A stretch of DNA of 63,610 bases, filler included, from Dimorphilus gyrociliatus (GCA_904063045.1; 4 parts of 4 records of this genome joined end to end with filler, not necessarily neighbours in it), one strand, 5' to 3'. Numbered from the whole stretch's first letter, positions 50,330-63,071 are shown. The notes: generated by a model from the sequence alone, not told the origin. A program made the numbers and translations.

Positions 50330-53300
50330 TTTTGGAGATGCCTGCTTTATCCTAATAAAAGCCAAAAGGAAATTTTCAATATATCAAGCCGCTACAGAAT
50401 GTAACAAGTTGAATGCAACGTTATTTTACGTTTCTAATGAGGAATTTAGATTTTTCAATGAAATGTTAAACTTTAAAAATTCTTTCTTGGAAAAAAAGAC
50501 TGTACTCGGAAGTACAAAATCTTTAATCTTTCTCTCTCAATCATTTATAAATAAGCTCTCTTCTCATAAGGAATCAACAAAGTGAAAGATACAAGAGGAA
50601 GAGCATATCAAGTCTACGATGATAACATTCCCTATGATTTCCACTCTTTTCACATTCCCTTTTCATCAGAGTAAAAGCTTTGAAAATTTCATTACTTACT
50701 AAAAGTGATTGTTTATTATTTTTCTTTCTCTAAAACAGATTGATAAAAAAATGCTTTCTGTTGCCAAATGACAAAGAATTTCAAACCTTTATTCATATAG
50801 AAGAGGAAGAGGAAAATGTAGCAGAAGAGTCGCAATGCTATTATTTGGAGGAAAATGGGCCATTTTCAAAGCTATCATATTTTTTAAAACCATTTGATTG
50901 TTATAAAAATTTGGAATCCAACTTTTTCTGCAAATTGCCTCGTAAACACTTCTTATCAGTGCTTTCTAGACTAATAATTTTTCTCTTCATTCCTTTCTTC
51001 CAACCTCAATTACTCTTCATCTCTAACCATAAGATTTAGCCGGTTTTGCTTTATCAGAAGATTTGAGCCATGAGAACTTTTCCGGCTGTCCAGAACATTT
51101 ATTTTACTGTTTTGAAGAAAAGTTGTGCATCAATCCAATCAGTATTTGTGATGGGCAAAACGATTGTTCTTCAGGAGAAGATGAGAGATTTTGCCCCAAT
51201 CTGGAATTATTTTATTGCACTCGAAACGAAACAATTCCTATTCAATTCGTATGCGATTTCATCTACGACTGCAGCAACAAGCTGGATGAAATTAATTGCA
51301 GTAAAAATAATATCAATATAAACCATTATTTTGCGTCTAATTCACACATTCTTCCTTCTCTGATTTTCAGAAGCAAAAGAATGCAATAAAGGAAATTTGT
51401 AAGAATCTGCAACAAAAAAGCTCACTTAAGCATTTAATAATCAATACAGGTGTGATAATAAACAGTGTATTAAAAAACAATATTTCTGCGACAATGAGAA
51501 ACATTGTTTTGATGAAAGTGATGAAAAATGTGCATCCAATCATCAAATAGAAGTTTCTAAAGAAGGTTAATTAAAAAACATTAAAATATTAAAACTCTTG
51601 TTCCATGCTTGTTCAAATGCATCTGACATTCTTCAGATTGTTCCAAATACAAACAATTTTCATGTGATAAAAGATGCATTCTGAAAAGTAAAGTATGTAA
51701 TTTACAGAGAGATTGCGTCGATGGCTTAGATGAGGGAGAATTTTGTCAAAATTTGAAAATATTAAACTCTGATTGTGATATCTTTACAAAAATTATAAAA
51801 TATAAATGTCAAGTAGTTTATTCTTCTCTGGGAAAATTATTGACAAATGTTCATTTTCCATACAATTCACTAAAAAATTGTAAAATTGAAAAATGCGAAC
51901 CAAATCAATATTTATGCTACTCCAGTAATTACTGTATATCTATCAAACAAGTTTGTGATGGAATTTCACACTGTACCCATGGCGATGATGAAACTGATTG
52001 TGGTAAGAATACCCAAGATTTGATAATTGCCGTGGCATTCTCTTCTTACAATCTCAACAAAATATCCTTAATCAAAATTTTTAAATTGTAGAGAATTTTC
52101 GACCAAAAGGGTATTTTAAATGTCGGAATGAAAAGACTTTTCTACCAATCCATGAAATCTGCAATGGTATTATCAACTGCCAAATGGGAAGTGACGAACT
52201 CTACTGCAATATCACATCGGCATGTCCAGCATTCTGCACTTGTTACAGGTTCTATTCAATAAATTGCTCTATGGAAAAAGTTGGCCATCAACTTGCAACT
52301 GAAGAACTTTCAGGGCTTTTATTTCAAACTAATCACAAGAGGATATATCTTTGGAACATTTCTGGTGGCTTTGGAAATCCAAATTTCGAATATAAGGAGA
52401 ATTTTTTTGTGTCATCTCTATCATTCTATAATAGTTCATTAAAGAATTTAAAAATATCAAAAGTCTATCCAAATGTTGTTATTCTATCAGTTATCAAATG
52501 TAAATCTTTTAATTATACATCCATCTTTACTTATCCATTAGCAAATTTACAACAATTAACAATCAATAATGCAAAATTAGTACTCGACACATTAGTCTCT
52601 TTAAAACATTCAGTGAATCTGAGAACAATTGACTTTTCTTCCACAACAATTTCTTATTTGAGTGAAACACTTTTCCAGAATTTACATCAGCTAGAGAATT
52701 TAATTATTACTAATTCTCATATTAGCAATGTTCATGTGAACAGCTTGAAATCACTTGTTAATTTGAAAAGACTATTACTGAAAAAAACAAGAATTTCTCT
52801 CAGCCAAAAAGGATCCTTGATAAAGCATCTTCACTCATTGGAAGAGTTTTACAGTGAATACTTCACCTTTTGCTGTTTTTCTTGGAAATATTCTAAAAAA
52901 CTTTTAAAATGCCATCCTGCAAAATCGATCTTTAATTCTTGCACTGACCTACTAAGATCAAAACCCTTAAGATCTATAATATGGACTCTGTCAATAATCT
53001 CTTTTGCTGAGAACATTATATCAATTCTAATTCGAGATTTGGCAAAAAAGCAGAGGAATTGGTTCCACTTGAGCTTATCATTTGCTGATCTCTGTACCTC
53101 AGTCTATTTGTTTATTATTCAAGGAGTTGATACTTATTACAGGGGATACTATACAGAGTATGATTTCAGTTGGAGGCATAGCCTATACTGTAAAGCTACT
53201 GGAGCATTTTATAGTTTTTCTATCCTTTTTCTTTTATGAGTTTAGCTTTGATAACCTTCGAAAGATATTGTATAGTTATATCTCAATTTAAAGTGATATT

Positions 53301-54492
53301 CACCCCAAATCGGTCAGCAATTTCGGTAGTTGGCCTATTCCTGATAACCAGTTTTTTATCCGTTCTACCTTTGTTTATATATAATGTAAGTGTACATGTT
53401 TTAAGTCTTTAATCTCTTATTGTCACTGTTCAAATAGAATTATTACTCAAAAACTCCAATTTGCTTTAATTTGCATATTGGAAGTGAAAAATCTGGAGGC
53501 TGGGTTTTTTCGTTTTTAGTTTTTGGCTTACTAAATTTAATCATAAATCTAATAGTATTTGGTTTATTCGTAAAAATTCTAAGGGAATCGTTCTCCTTTA
53601 AACTAATCTTTAATAACAAGAAAGAAAGGTCTACAACTGTAGAAGTGATGAAAGTTGATTGGCTCTTATTGATTGGAACGAATTTATTGCGCTGGCTATC
53701 AATTTCAATTTTGGGTAAAGAGAAAAATCCTTAGAATACAGAATTGCTCATATTTTTTGTTACAATATTTCATAAATTCTTAGGAGTTTATTCTGCATTT
53801 TTTCATCTACCATTGAAGAAGGATGTACACGCCGCCATCACTTTAATCATATTACCCTTCAATTCAATTATAAATCCTTTGCTCTACACTTTTAGAGATA
53901 TAAAAACATACTATGGATCTTTGACGAAGAGAAGGAAAGAGAAAATGTAAGCTTGTCATTTGACTTACAACTTGAACACATGTGATTCTTTTCCTTACAG
54001 ACAGAAATGCGTCAACAACGCCCTGGAAATGAGTCTATTAAAATGTTTTGTCCTTAAACTCTTCATCAAACTCATCAATATTTGTATCCAATTTGCCTTT
54101 TTCAGATTTTTCACTAACCAGGTTAAAAGAATGTTATTTAATTGAACATAAGATTTTGGTTTGTATAGACAACTTTGAAAAGTCTCGATCTTTTTACGGA
54201 ATGAAAAATGTTTATTTTCTTCTGAAAGACGTTTGCGAACAACTTATGCTTGCTCATAATTCCCATTTTACATTTGATGGCTTGATAAATTTCCAAAATG
54301 TTTATGCTTTTGTAAGTTTTCCCTGGTGTCAGTCTTTCCATTGAATTTAGTATCCTATTATAGAATAGAAGAAAGAGCAAAAAGTTCATTGTCCTGTCCA
54401 GATATATGAAAAGTGCAAAAAATAATGACAAATCAAGAGATATGCATGCTCTTGGAAATTTTCTAAAGAGTATTTTACATCATGGATATTAA
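50330..54492 (+). CDS. GRL101-like receptor G2: C-type-lectin-like/LDLa/LRR/7TM, with putative pseudokinase tail; 5'-truncated, frameshift in TM3
   Basis: CFIL...YQAATECNKLNATL...EE (CTL-like); LDLa repeats (CDGQNDCSSGEDERFC etc.); LRRs; CHP...FNSCTDLL; one T missing at ~53228 restores SFMSLALITFERY; TM7 PFNSIINPLLYTF; splice donor at 53947. Confidence 0.85.
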
Positions 54493-54749
54493 AACCTTGT
54501 TTATTACATAACAATAGACAATTATAACTCAATTGAAATCTTTTTAAATTGAGATTACAGCCTATGGTTTAGAAAAAGAAACGCCTAAACTAACTTTTGA
54601 AACTAAAAGTGTGACTTAATGTGACGTAAAATTTTTTATTTTTACGCAAATCCTAACCCAAAAGTTAGTAACCTTTTCCTGAATTCTAAATCCCTAACCC
54701 TTGGTTCAGCCCTAGTAGAGTGAAAACGTAGGGAATTTTAGTCTCTCAC

Positions 54750-55180
54750 ACCAACTGTATCAAAGATTATATCGTATTTTTCACCATTTGTTGAAAACTT
54801 TCTTTAGTATAATCTATTGCATAATCAGCTCCCATTGATTTAACTATTTCTAAGTTCGCACCACTACAAACGCACTATGATGCTTAGTCATTTGTACAGT
54901 AGCTATTCCAACACTTCCTGATACCATAGTCAAGAACTTTTTGAACCTTTTGAATTTCAACCCTTTCTAGGAATTGAATTGCAGTCTCCGTTCCTTTAGG
55001 TAGTGTCACAGATTCTTCATAGGACAAATTGGTAGGCTTTTTAATAACACAACCAGATTCTGGTTGGCAAATAAACTGAGCATAAGTACCAAACGTCGAT
55101 CCGGAAGATCCAAAAATTTCATAACCATCCTTAAATGACTCAACATTCTTTCCAACACTTTCAACTTCACCAGCAAAGCT
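54750..55180 (-). pseudogene. Bacterial-type NAD(P)-dependent alcohol dehydrogenase / quinone oxidoreductase (MDR family) fragment
   Basis: FAGEVESVGKNVESFK.G.EIFGS....FGTYAQF...KKPTNLSYEES..LP...TAIQFL....QKVL.YG/SGSVGIATVQ..K/CSGANLEIVKSMGADYAIDYTKESF/NGEKYDIIFDTVG; intronless; three frame breaks; not in the ORF track. Confidence 0.85.
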
Positions 55181-55359
55181 GAAGTTCGCCCTTCAAGACA
55201 TCTGACTTCACAACTGAATCATATTGAGTTATGAGAAGCACTTTATCAATGACTTGTATATAGTTATTTACAAGATTTATTTATTGATTGCATCACGGAA
55301 TTGTTCACAATTCCATATAAAATTGTATTTAAGGTACTCTTGGTCTCTCACACCGTTCT

Positions 55360-55580
55360 GTTACATTCACTCCCTTTTATACCTTGCTAGCGTCACTTAA
55401 CTGGGTGTTTGACTGTGCTCACCTGTGTGGCCACGTTCATGCCACATCGTTACTTAGCTCGGTGATATGACATCAAGTTAGCTCGATTGTAACGGCTTTA
55501 GGCTGAGTCAAGCCCCTTCTTAAGTGACGGTCACATACTGACATACATTCACTGACTCACATTCACACATAACATGTAAC
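55360..55580. mobile_element. 221-bp insertion with 7-bp inverted ends and 5-bp TSD (solo-LTR- or MITE-like)
   Basis: GTTACAT...ATGTAAC flanked by GTTCT at 55355-55359 and 55581-55585; GC-richer than flanks; TATAAAAGGG on the minus strand. Confidence 0.5.
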
Positions 55581-57367
55581 GTTCTGTTCAGTTCTTATCT
55601 TACAATTAGAAGTGAATGACCTACTTTTAGCAAACTATATTGAAATATAGTTCGTACAGAGGTTCTTCTCTAAGTTCTTCCACAACTTAAGAAAATTTAA
55701 ATGTATATCTACAAGTTTAACTCAAGTCAAGTTATAAAGATTCCTATCCAAGAAAAAGGTCATATACAAGCTCCTCTTCAAGTTCTTCTGTAGATTTCAT
55801 TGGTTTCTAAATGACGTTCATTTTCTGCTATGATTAGGAATTATTTATTAGAACAAGAAAAACTACAAATTGTAGATTTGTAGACTATATATCTCTGAAA
55901 AGTAGAGCTGACTAGTATGAGTATATTCACTGCCAAGTTGACAGCTGCCGATCAATTCTCACCTAAATATCCGACACAAAAATGAACTCTCTAGCTGCTG
56001 TTTCGTAAAAAACAACTGTGTTAAATACATTTAATAATTGTTCAGTATTTCATCTAAACAAAATATACAAGCTGACTAGATGTAATGTTTGTCAAAACGC
56101 AAATAGGATCTATACAACTCAATGTTAATGTCTTTCCATACCGTGTTTATTTTGGTAGCAGCTATATTATGAATATATTTCTGTCATGATGATATACTAT
56201 TTCTTGCTTCTATCCTTATTTCGCATGGGAGAGTTTTAGAAAACAAAAAAGAATCAATCAGATATTGGATTTTCATTTTCTGTTGTATTTGATGTTAATG
56301 AACTGGAGGATACTCTCTTAAAAAAACTGACGTTTATGATATTAATTTTTGGATTAAACTCTTCTAAAGCAACAGTAGGTAAACTAATCTTCATTGTAAT
56401 ATTATGCTGTACAATCAATTTCATTGGTATGTCTAAAAATGTACATGCAGTATCTCTGAAAAAGATTCTTATCATACAGTTTATTGTACTTTTTCCAACT
56501 ATAACTAATTCACTTATAATACTAATCACAAAAGCCATTTTAAAATATTTGCTTAAATCAAAAATATATCCAACAATTCATGCCAACTGTTAACATGTAA
56601 AACTCATTAATTACAGTCGTGAATAATTCAAGTTCATTGTTTTTTGTATTTATTAAATGCATGATTTACAAAAAAATAGACTACCATCTCCATTACTGTC
56701 TGATTACTTATTCTCAATTCCAGGTCTTCTCTTCCATATTATTCATGAAAGAGTATTAGTATTTGCTTTGCTTGATAAAACATCACCCATTAGAACCTTT
56801 TTACTCCAAATAATTCCAATACAAATATTGAATTGCTTTTTAATAAATAGTATTACATCAGATAAGATTTGATGAAATATAACGAAACAACATTTTAAAA
56901 TATATGAAAGTGAACTTGCTTTTGCTTGTACAGGAATTTCAATGAAGTATTCATTAGTACGGATAAGGGTCGTCAATATTATTTTCCCACAGCAGATATT
57001 GCTTCTCAATGTAATTATTGGGCGCTTGACTCAACTTGCCTTTTGTGGTCCCATGTCTGTGCCATATCTTTGGTTTAACTTAACTTGTGAGGTGATATCA
57101 AGTCAAGATGACCAGAATCATCCACTCTTAACACATTTTATACACTCACTCCTACTCTTTCTCGTACAATCATAATGACTCATACTGACACCCTACGTAG
57201 CTAACAAGCTTTTTTTTATTCAAAAAGTAGTGCATTAAAAATGTGAAAAGCTAAGAATGTTATATAAAGTTTTAAAGCTACTTGAATAAGATACAATAAT
57301 ACAGATCACATTTTATCAAAGTCAATAGACATGATAATAATCACACTGTAATGATGACTAACTATTA

Positions 57368-58922
57368 TCAGCTAATATCATCATCACTGTTAGTATTATT
57401 TACACCAAATATATTCAATTGAGGAAAATTTCTAAATGTACTTTCAATTTGAGCAGATTGATCTTCACTTAGATCACGCTCATTGAAATCTATAAGTTTT
57501 AGAGTATTTGATGTTTGAACCAACCCATCACAAATGCACAGTACAACATCTCTGATTTTTTCATTTCCATTTAACTTAATGGACTCTATTTTGAAAAGTT
57601 TTAATATGATATTTTGTATCTTTGCACATTGATTTTTAGTTAGTTCACAACAGCTAAAATCAATCTCCTTTAAAGTGTTTGATGATTGGATGAGACCATC
57701 ACAAATATCCAAAAACCCATTTCCCATTTCTGTATTAAAACTTAAATCAATTTTTTGCATTTTAGAACAATTTAAAAGCACATTTCCAAGTTTTTTAGAT
57801 GGCTCCTCTGTTAATTTGCAAGAGCTTAAATGAATTTCTTGTAAGGTGTTTGAAGATCCGATGAGCCCATCACAAATCTCCAAAAATCCGTTCCCTGTTG
57901 TACTATTCCACTCCATATTGATTATTTCTATGTGAGAGCAATTTTTAAGCATATTTCCAAATTTTACAGATTGACTCTGTTAGATTGTTGCTACCTAGGT
58001 TAATCTTCTTTAAAGTGTTGGATGATTGGACAAGTCCATCACATATCTCCAAAAACCCACTTCCCATGGTACTATTACAATAAAAATCTACAGCTTCTAT
58101 TTGTGAACAAACTTTAAGCATATTTCCCACCCCTACACACTGGTCTACAGTTAGATAACAATTAGTGAAGTAAATATTCTTTAAATGACTTGATGATTGA
58201 ACTAGTCCATCACAGATTCTCAATAATCCATTTCCCATTTTTTTATTGTAAAAAAGGTCGATTGTTTCAATGTGAAAACAATTTTTCAGCATATTCCCAA
58301 TTTTTGTACTTTGATTCTCAGTCAGATTACAACTACCGAGACCAATATATTTCAAAGTATTTGACGACTGGACAAGTCCATCACAAATCTCAAAAAACCC
58401 ATTTCCCATATTTTCATTACCTTGTAAAATAATTTTTTCAATTTTAGCACAATTTTTAAGCATATTTCCAATTTTTGTTGATTCAAGCTCCTCTATGTTA
58501 CAATAAATAAAAGTTAATTGCTTTAAAGTGTTGTGTGATTGGACGAGTCCACTGCAAATTTCCAAGAAACCATTTCCCATATCTCTATTATCACTTAAAT
58601 CAATTACTTCTAATTCAGAACATTTTTTTAAAAGATTTCCAATCTTTATAGATTGATTCTCATTCAGATTACAACTACTGAAATTTATAAATTTTAAAGT
58701 ATTTGCTGATTGGACGAGTACATCACAAATCTCTAATAGTCCATTTTTCATAGATTCATTTTGAGTAAAATTAATTCCGTCTATTCTGGAACATTTTTTT
58801 AGTAAATTTCCAATTCTTATTGATTGTTTCTCAGTCAAATTACAATCGCTGAAATCTATACGTTTCAAAGTATTTGATGATTCCTCAAGTCCATTGCAAA
58901 TCTCCAAAATTTTAGCACCCAT
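57368..58922 (-). pseudogene. RI/NLR-type LRR array 1 (nine 56-aa units), one ORF broken by a frameshift
   Basis: Repeated xICDGLVQSSNTLKxIxFxxCNLTExQSxKIGNxLKxC; a 2-nt loss at ~57972 (ACAGAG-T-CAATCT) separates the 57945 and 57368 ORFs; the frame continues upstream through stops. Confidence 0.85.
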
Positions 58923-59696
58923 CTCAAAAATTTTCTTATACGAGACTATATTTAGATTATCTGTTTGTGGATTGATTTACAATAGATAAATAAATTTATT
59001 CCATAGCTGTTTGTCTCGTGCAGAAACTATGATAAATTGACTAAGAGCGTGGTTAAAACCTCGACTCAATGGTTTATCTGATGAATGCAACCACCAAACA
59101 TTTGTAACCTAGTGCCTAAGTTTAAGCAAACAAGGTATTAAACAAATAAATTTCGTTAAAATTACAACAAAGTAGGACAAATACATCAATATGTTGGTAA
59201 ATTGAATGTGTAATGAGTATTTTATGTTATTTTGGAACTAATTTGGAATAAAGCGTGTTTGAGTAAATGGACTTTTTTCTGTCCTTTGAATAATTGTGAT
59301 AATCTACAGTAGAGTTCGAAGCACATTATCTTGGAAAATAAATTCAATTAAACACTTCAATACCAAAAATAAAGTTTATCAGCAATCTTTATGTAAGGAG
59401 AAAAGAGTTTAGGTGTTTGAATGTATTCTATCTTTTAGAGCCATAAAGTTATTTCCTTGTCCAATGGTCTCTGTTTGATTAAACGTTAGCTCTGTAATTT
59501 TTTGACAAGACTCACCTGGACAAAAAAATTTGGTATCGTATCCCAGAAAACTAGTTAACGACGACCTTTTTTTCATGAACTTAAAAAAAATCTTTCACAG
59601 GCTTAATAAGCAAACTTAAACACTCGATTTTAACAGATAAACGATGAAAGAAGCATTATTTAGAATGGTCATTTTCCAGTTTATTATATCATAGAA

Positions 59697-59770
59697 GCTT
59701 CCATAGCTCAGTTGGTTAGAGCGTCATGCTAATATTGCGAATGTCCAGGGTTAAACCTCCAGCGAGAGCA
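59697..59770 (+). pseudogene. tRNA-Ile(AAU)-derived pseudogene
   Basis: Intact D-arm TAGCTCAGTTGGTTAGAGCG and loop CTAATAT; acceptor, anticodon and T stems mismatched; TTCG motif altered. Confidence 0.75.
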
Positions 59771-60161
59771 ATATTGTTTTTATTTCATCATTATTTATAT
59801 GGACAATTCTTTATAAATTAATGAATTGAATTGCAATCACTCATTGTATAAGATATTAATGTTATTGCGAAAACGAATGTGAAATAGTTCATGTAAAGTG
59901 TTGCATTTTGTAAAATGAAAACTGATAAATTCTTGTAAAAGATGCCTGGAAACAGTCAGTGTCAGAGAGGACTAAATACAAGCTTATGTACAAATTTTCT
60001 TTGTTTTGCACATTGATAATAAGCAAAGCTGACCAACATGTCATCTGATTAAGTAACGTAGACTCTAATAACGTTAAGCTAAAACCTGATCTAGTATAAA
60101 ACCAAAATCTCCAAAGCTGAGTTTTCTGCTCTTCGTTATTTCTAATCTTACTGGCTTAGAG

Positions 60162-60863
60162 CTAGGGTAAAATGTCAAAAATTTCTCCTACAGACATTTC
60201 AAATATGTTTCTTGAGGAAAAATTTCTAAACATATGTCGAAATTTTGTAGATTGATCAGAAGTGACAAAACAGAGATTGAAATCAACATGTTTTAATGTA
60301 TGTCTTGATTGAACTAGTCCTTCACAAATCTTCGAAAAGCCAATTCCCATATTTGAATTGCCACAAAAATCAATTATTTCTATTTTAGAACAATTTCTAA
60401 ACAGACTTCCAATCTTTATACATTGTACCTCAGTTAATTCGCAAAAACTGAAGCTAATATGCTTTAAAGTTTTGAATGATCGGTTGAGTCCATCACAAAT
60501 CTCCAATAGTCCATTGCCCATTTTACTATTAAAACTAACATTAATTGTTTCTATTTGGGAAGCTCTTTTGAGAAGATTTCCAATCTTTGTAGATTGATTC
60601 TCATTCAGATCACAATGACTAAAATTTATATGTTTTAAAGTAAAAATTGATTGAACGAGTCCATCACAAATCTCCAACAATCCATCGCTCATTTTGCTAT
60701 TACAACTTAAGTTAATTGTTTCTACTTGAGAACCTTTTCTCAGAAGATTTCCTATCTTCGTAGATTGTTTCTCAGTCAGAAAACAGTTACTAAAATTTAT
60801 ATGTTTTAAAGTAGTCATTGATTGGACGAGTCCATCACAAATCTTTGATAGTCCATTTTCCAT
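60162..60863 (-). CDS. RI/NLR-type LRR array 2 (four 56-aa units), probably the 3' part of a decayed gene
   Basis: Same ICDGLVQS..TLKHI.FS.C.L.E.QSTKIGNL unit as array 1. Confidence 0.8.
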   Translation of the reverse strand: MENGLSKICDGLVQSMTTLKHINFSNCFLTEKQSTKIGNLLRKGSQVETINLSCNSKMSDGLLEICDGLVQSIFTLKHINFSHCDLNENQSTKIGNLLKRASQIETINVSFNSKMGNGLLEICDGLNRSFKTLKHISFSFCELTEVQCIKIGSLFRNCSKIEIIDFCGNSNMGIGFSKICEGLVQSRHTLKHVDFNLCFVTSDQSTKFRHMFRNFSSRNIFEMSVGEIFDILP

Positions 60864-62150
60864 GTGTAAATAGCAAAAATAGTTCCTTCTATTCTAGGAT
60901 AAATGTGTGGTTTTAACTATAACTCAGTGGTTATCTCATAAATATTTCTCTCACACCTTATTTAAAAAGGTTAGAACCACAATTATATCAATGTTTTCTA
61001 TCGCATCATCATTTAGTTTGTTTTACTTAGAGCAGCTTTTTTCTTTTATCTAAATTAGTGTCTGAAGGATAAATGGCTGCAAATTATCTAGATGGCGCTG
61101 AAGCCAAAGATTTATTTGAAATCAAGTAAATTCAACTTTATTTAAAGGTGAAAGATACATGCATTTTAGTACATCAGAGTTTATGTATCAGAGTTCATAA
61201 TCCTTGATCCCAGTGCGAACTATTTTCTTATTGAAACAGCTCAGGTTGATTAACTCTATCTACTTGCAAAATGTTACAAAAGAAAACTGGTAGAACTTAA
61301 AAAAGACTAAGCAATTTTTTATATATCCTATATATACTGTTTACAGGATATATTATGTAAAGTCATATTCAACAAAGCTAGAGTAATTCAAATAGTTATA
61401 TAAAGAAATAATGTCAATCTTCGTAGTGATTTTCTTGAATTTTTTCAAACTTGAAAATTTAGAACTACAGCATATTTTTTATCAACTCTATCAATCATCA
61501 AATACTTTGAAGGGTATTCAATTTGACAAAAGCAAGAACATCACTACGAAGATTTTGGACACATAGTTGATGAAGAATTTGGCTGCTATTTATAGCTTAA
61601 AGTACTCAATTTGGACAAAAAAAACCTAAGTTCAAAGTTTGTCAACTAACATTTCGAAGTAGAAAAAAAAATTGTACTAAACTAAGAGAATTGTGTTTAT
61701 CTGATTGCTCTTTTCACTGACGAAACTGATTGAATACCTAGGGAAATATTCAGAAAATAATGAAATGATAAATATCACTTATTTAACTTTTTGTTAACCA
61801 GAAATTCATAAATTTAGAAAAGTCATCAAACAATATTGGAAGTAACATCATGGAGGCTCAAAATAACGCTCTCATCATGTACAGTTTAAGCCTAGGTTAG
61901 GCTATTTTTTCTATTTATGAAAATTTCAACTTTGCTCATTGTTACCTTTATAGTGTTAGGAACTATTGAAACCTTGTAAGCTGAAAACTATATTAGGGAT
62001 AAACAAGAGCTTAGAAATTATCAAATGCAAAGAAGCCTATTCAGTAGTAGGTGTTGAATAAAGCAGGATAGGCTTTATTTTAATAGTCATCATTTAACGA
62101 AATGTTAACTTGGTGAAGACAATTCAGCTACTGAATCTGGTTCTTCCTAT

Positions 62151-62244
62151 AAGAGCCACCTGGCGAGTGTTGGTATGAACGTTTTAAAAGTCCATAGCCC
62201 TCTATTGGCTATTGAAGATGTTACTTAGCGTAACTTATTCAACA
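62151..62244 (-). repeat. ~98-bp dispersed repeat, copy B
   Basis: Reverse complement of 15108-15205; followed by TAGGTTAGGGT. Confidence 0.8.
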
Positions 62245-62706
62245 GTAGGTTAGGGTAAAATTTCTGCACATTTTCTTCAGCAACCTTCATAAAAATCTAA
62301 ATTGAAAAGATAACTGCAGAGAAATAATTACAATTAAAGTCATTATATATCTGAAGAATACAAACTACACGCAAATTCTTTTTTAAATTTTTTACCCTTC
62401 TCATTAAATAAACTATCATAAAATTTTTACTCTCAGTGTTGCTAATTCCTCTTCAATTAAAACTTATTGACATAGACAACAAGAGTTGGCTTTTAAGTAT
62501 TGAAATCTATTCCATATATTTTAGATTTTGAGAATATTCTAATAATTTCTATAGTGAGGTGAAGGGGATTTGCAGTAAAGGTCAGACATGTGCTATGATA
62601 ATTATCAAACAGACTTTGTTTAATTATACTCCATTTTTGTTATTATCACACTCACATAATTCAACTGGGAATTTTGGTTTCACTATAATAAGGGGAAATG
62701 TGCATT

Positions 62707-62970
62707 TTAATTTCCAAATACTATAAAGTATTTGATATGCTCAACAACACCACTCACATCACAGAGATAAATTTGTTTTAACTGTAGCCTGGATGACTTT
62801 ACTGAATATATACCGGAGTCATTAGTCCAAACTAGTTTGCTATCATTGTTTATTTGAAAAAATCCAAAATTAGGTTTTGATTCCATTATTGCTTGTGAAC
62901 ATGATGCATAGACTTCATCACTAGCCTGCGATTTATTTATTATTAGGGAGAAATAGACAAGGATAATCAT
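62707..62970 (-). CDS. Possible secreted-protein exon
   Basis: AAA-ATG start, hydrophobic N-terminus MIILVYFSLII, two Cys; no domain recognised. Confidence 0.3.
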   Translation of the reverse strand: MIILVYFSLIINKSQASDEVYASCSQAIMESKPNFGFFQINNDSKLVWTNDSGIYSVKSSRLQLKQIYLCDVSGVVEHIKYFIVFGN

Positions 62971-63071
62971 TTTGAAATCTTTAACAAGACTGAAAATAAA
63001 GCTTTGCTTGATATGTTGCAGAGAAATATTTTTATGACGTTTTGCTGAGTAATGATAAAAGAGTCTTAGAC

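Noticed and set aside
59028-59082. C/D-box snoRNA-like pattern (ATGATAA...CTGA)
   Set aside because: Imperfect C box and no terminal stem; the region is explained as degenerate coding sequence on the opposite strand.
32682-60597. Short antisense ORFs (32682, 34508, 34827, 36866, 38145, 41178, 42745, 43354, 45610, 46075, 47972, 58190, 60358 and similar)
   Set aside because: They are shadows of real genes or TEs on the opposite strand, with no independent motifs.
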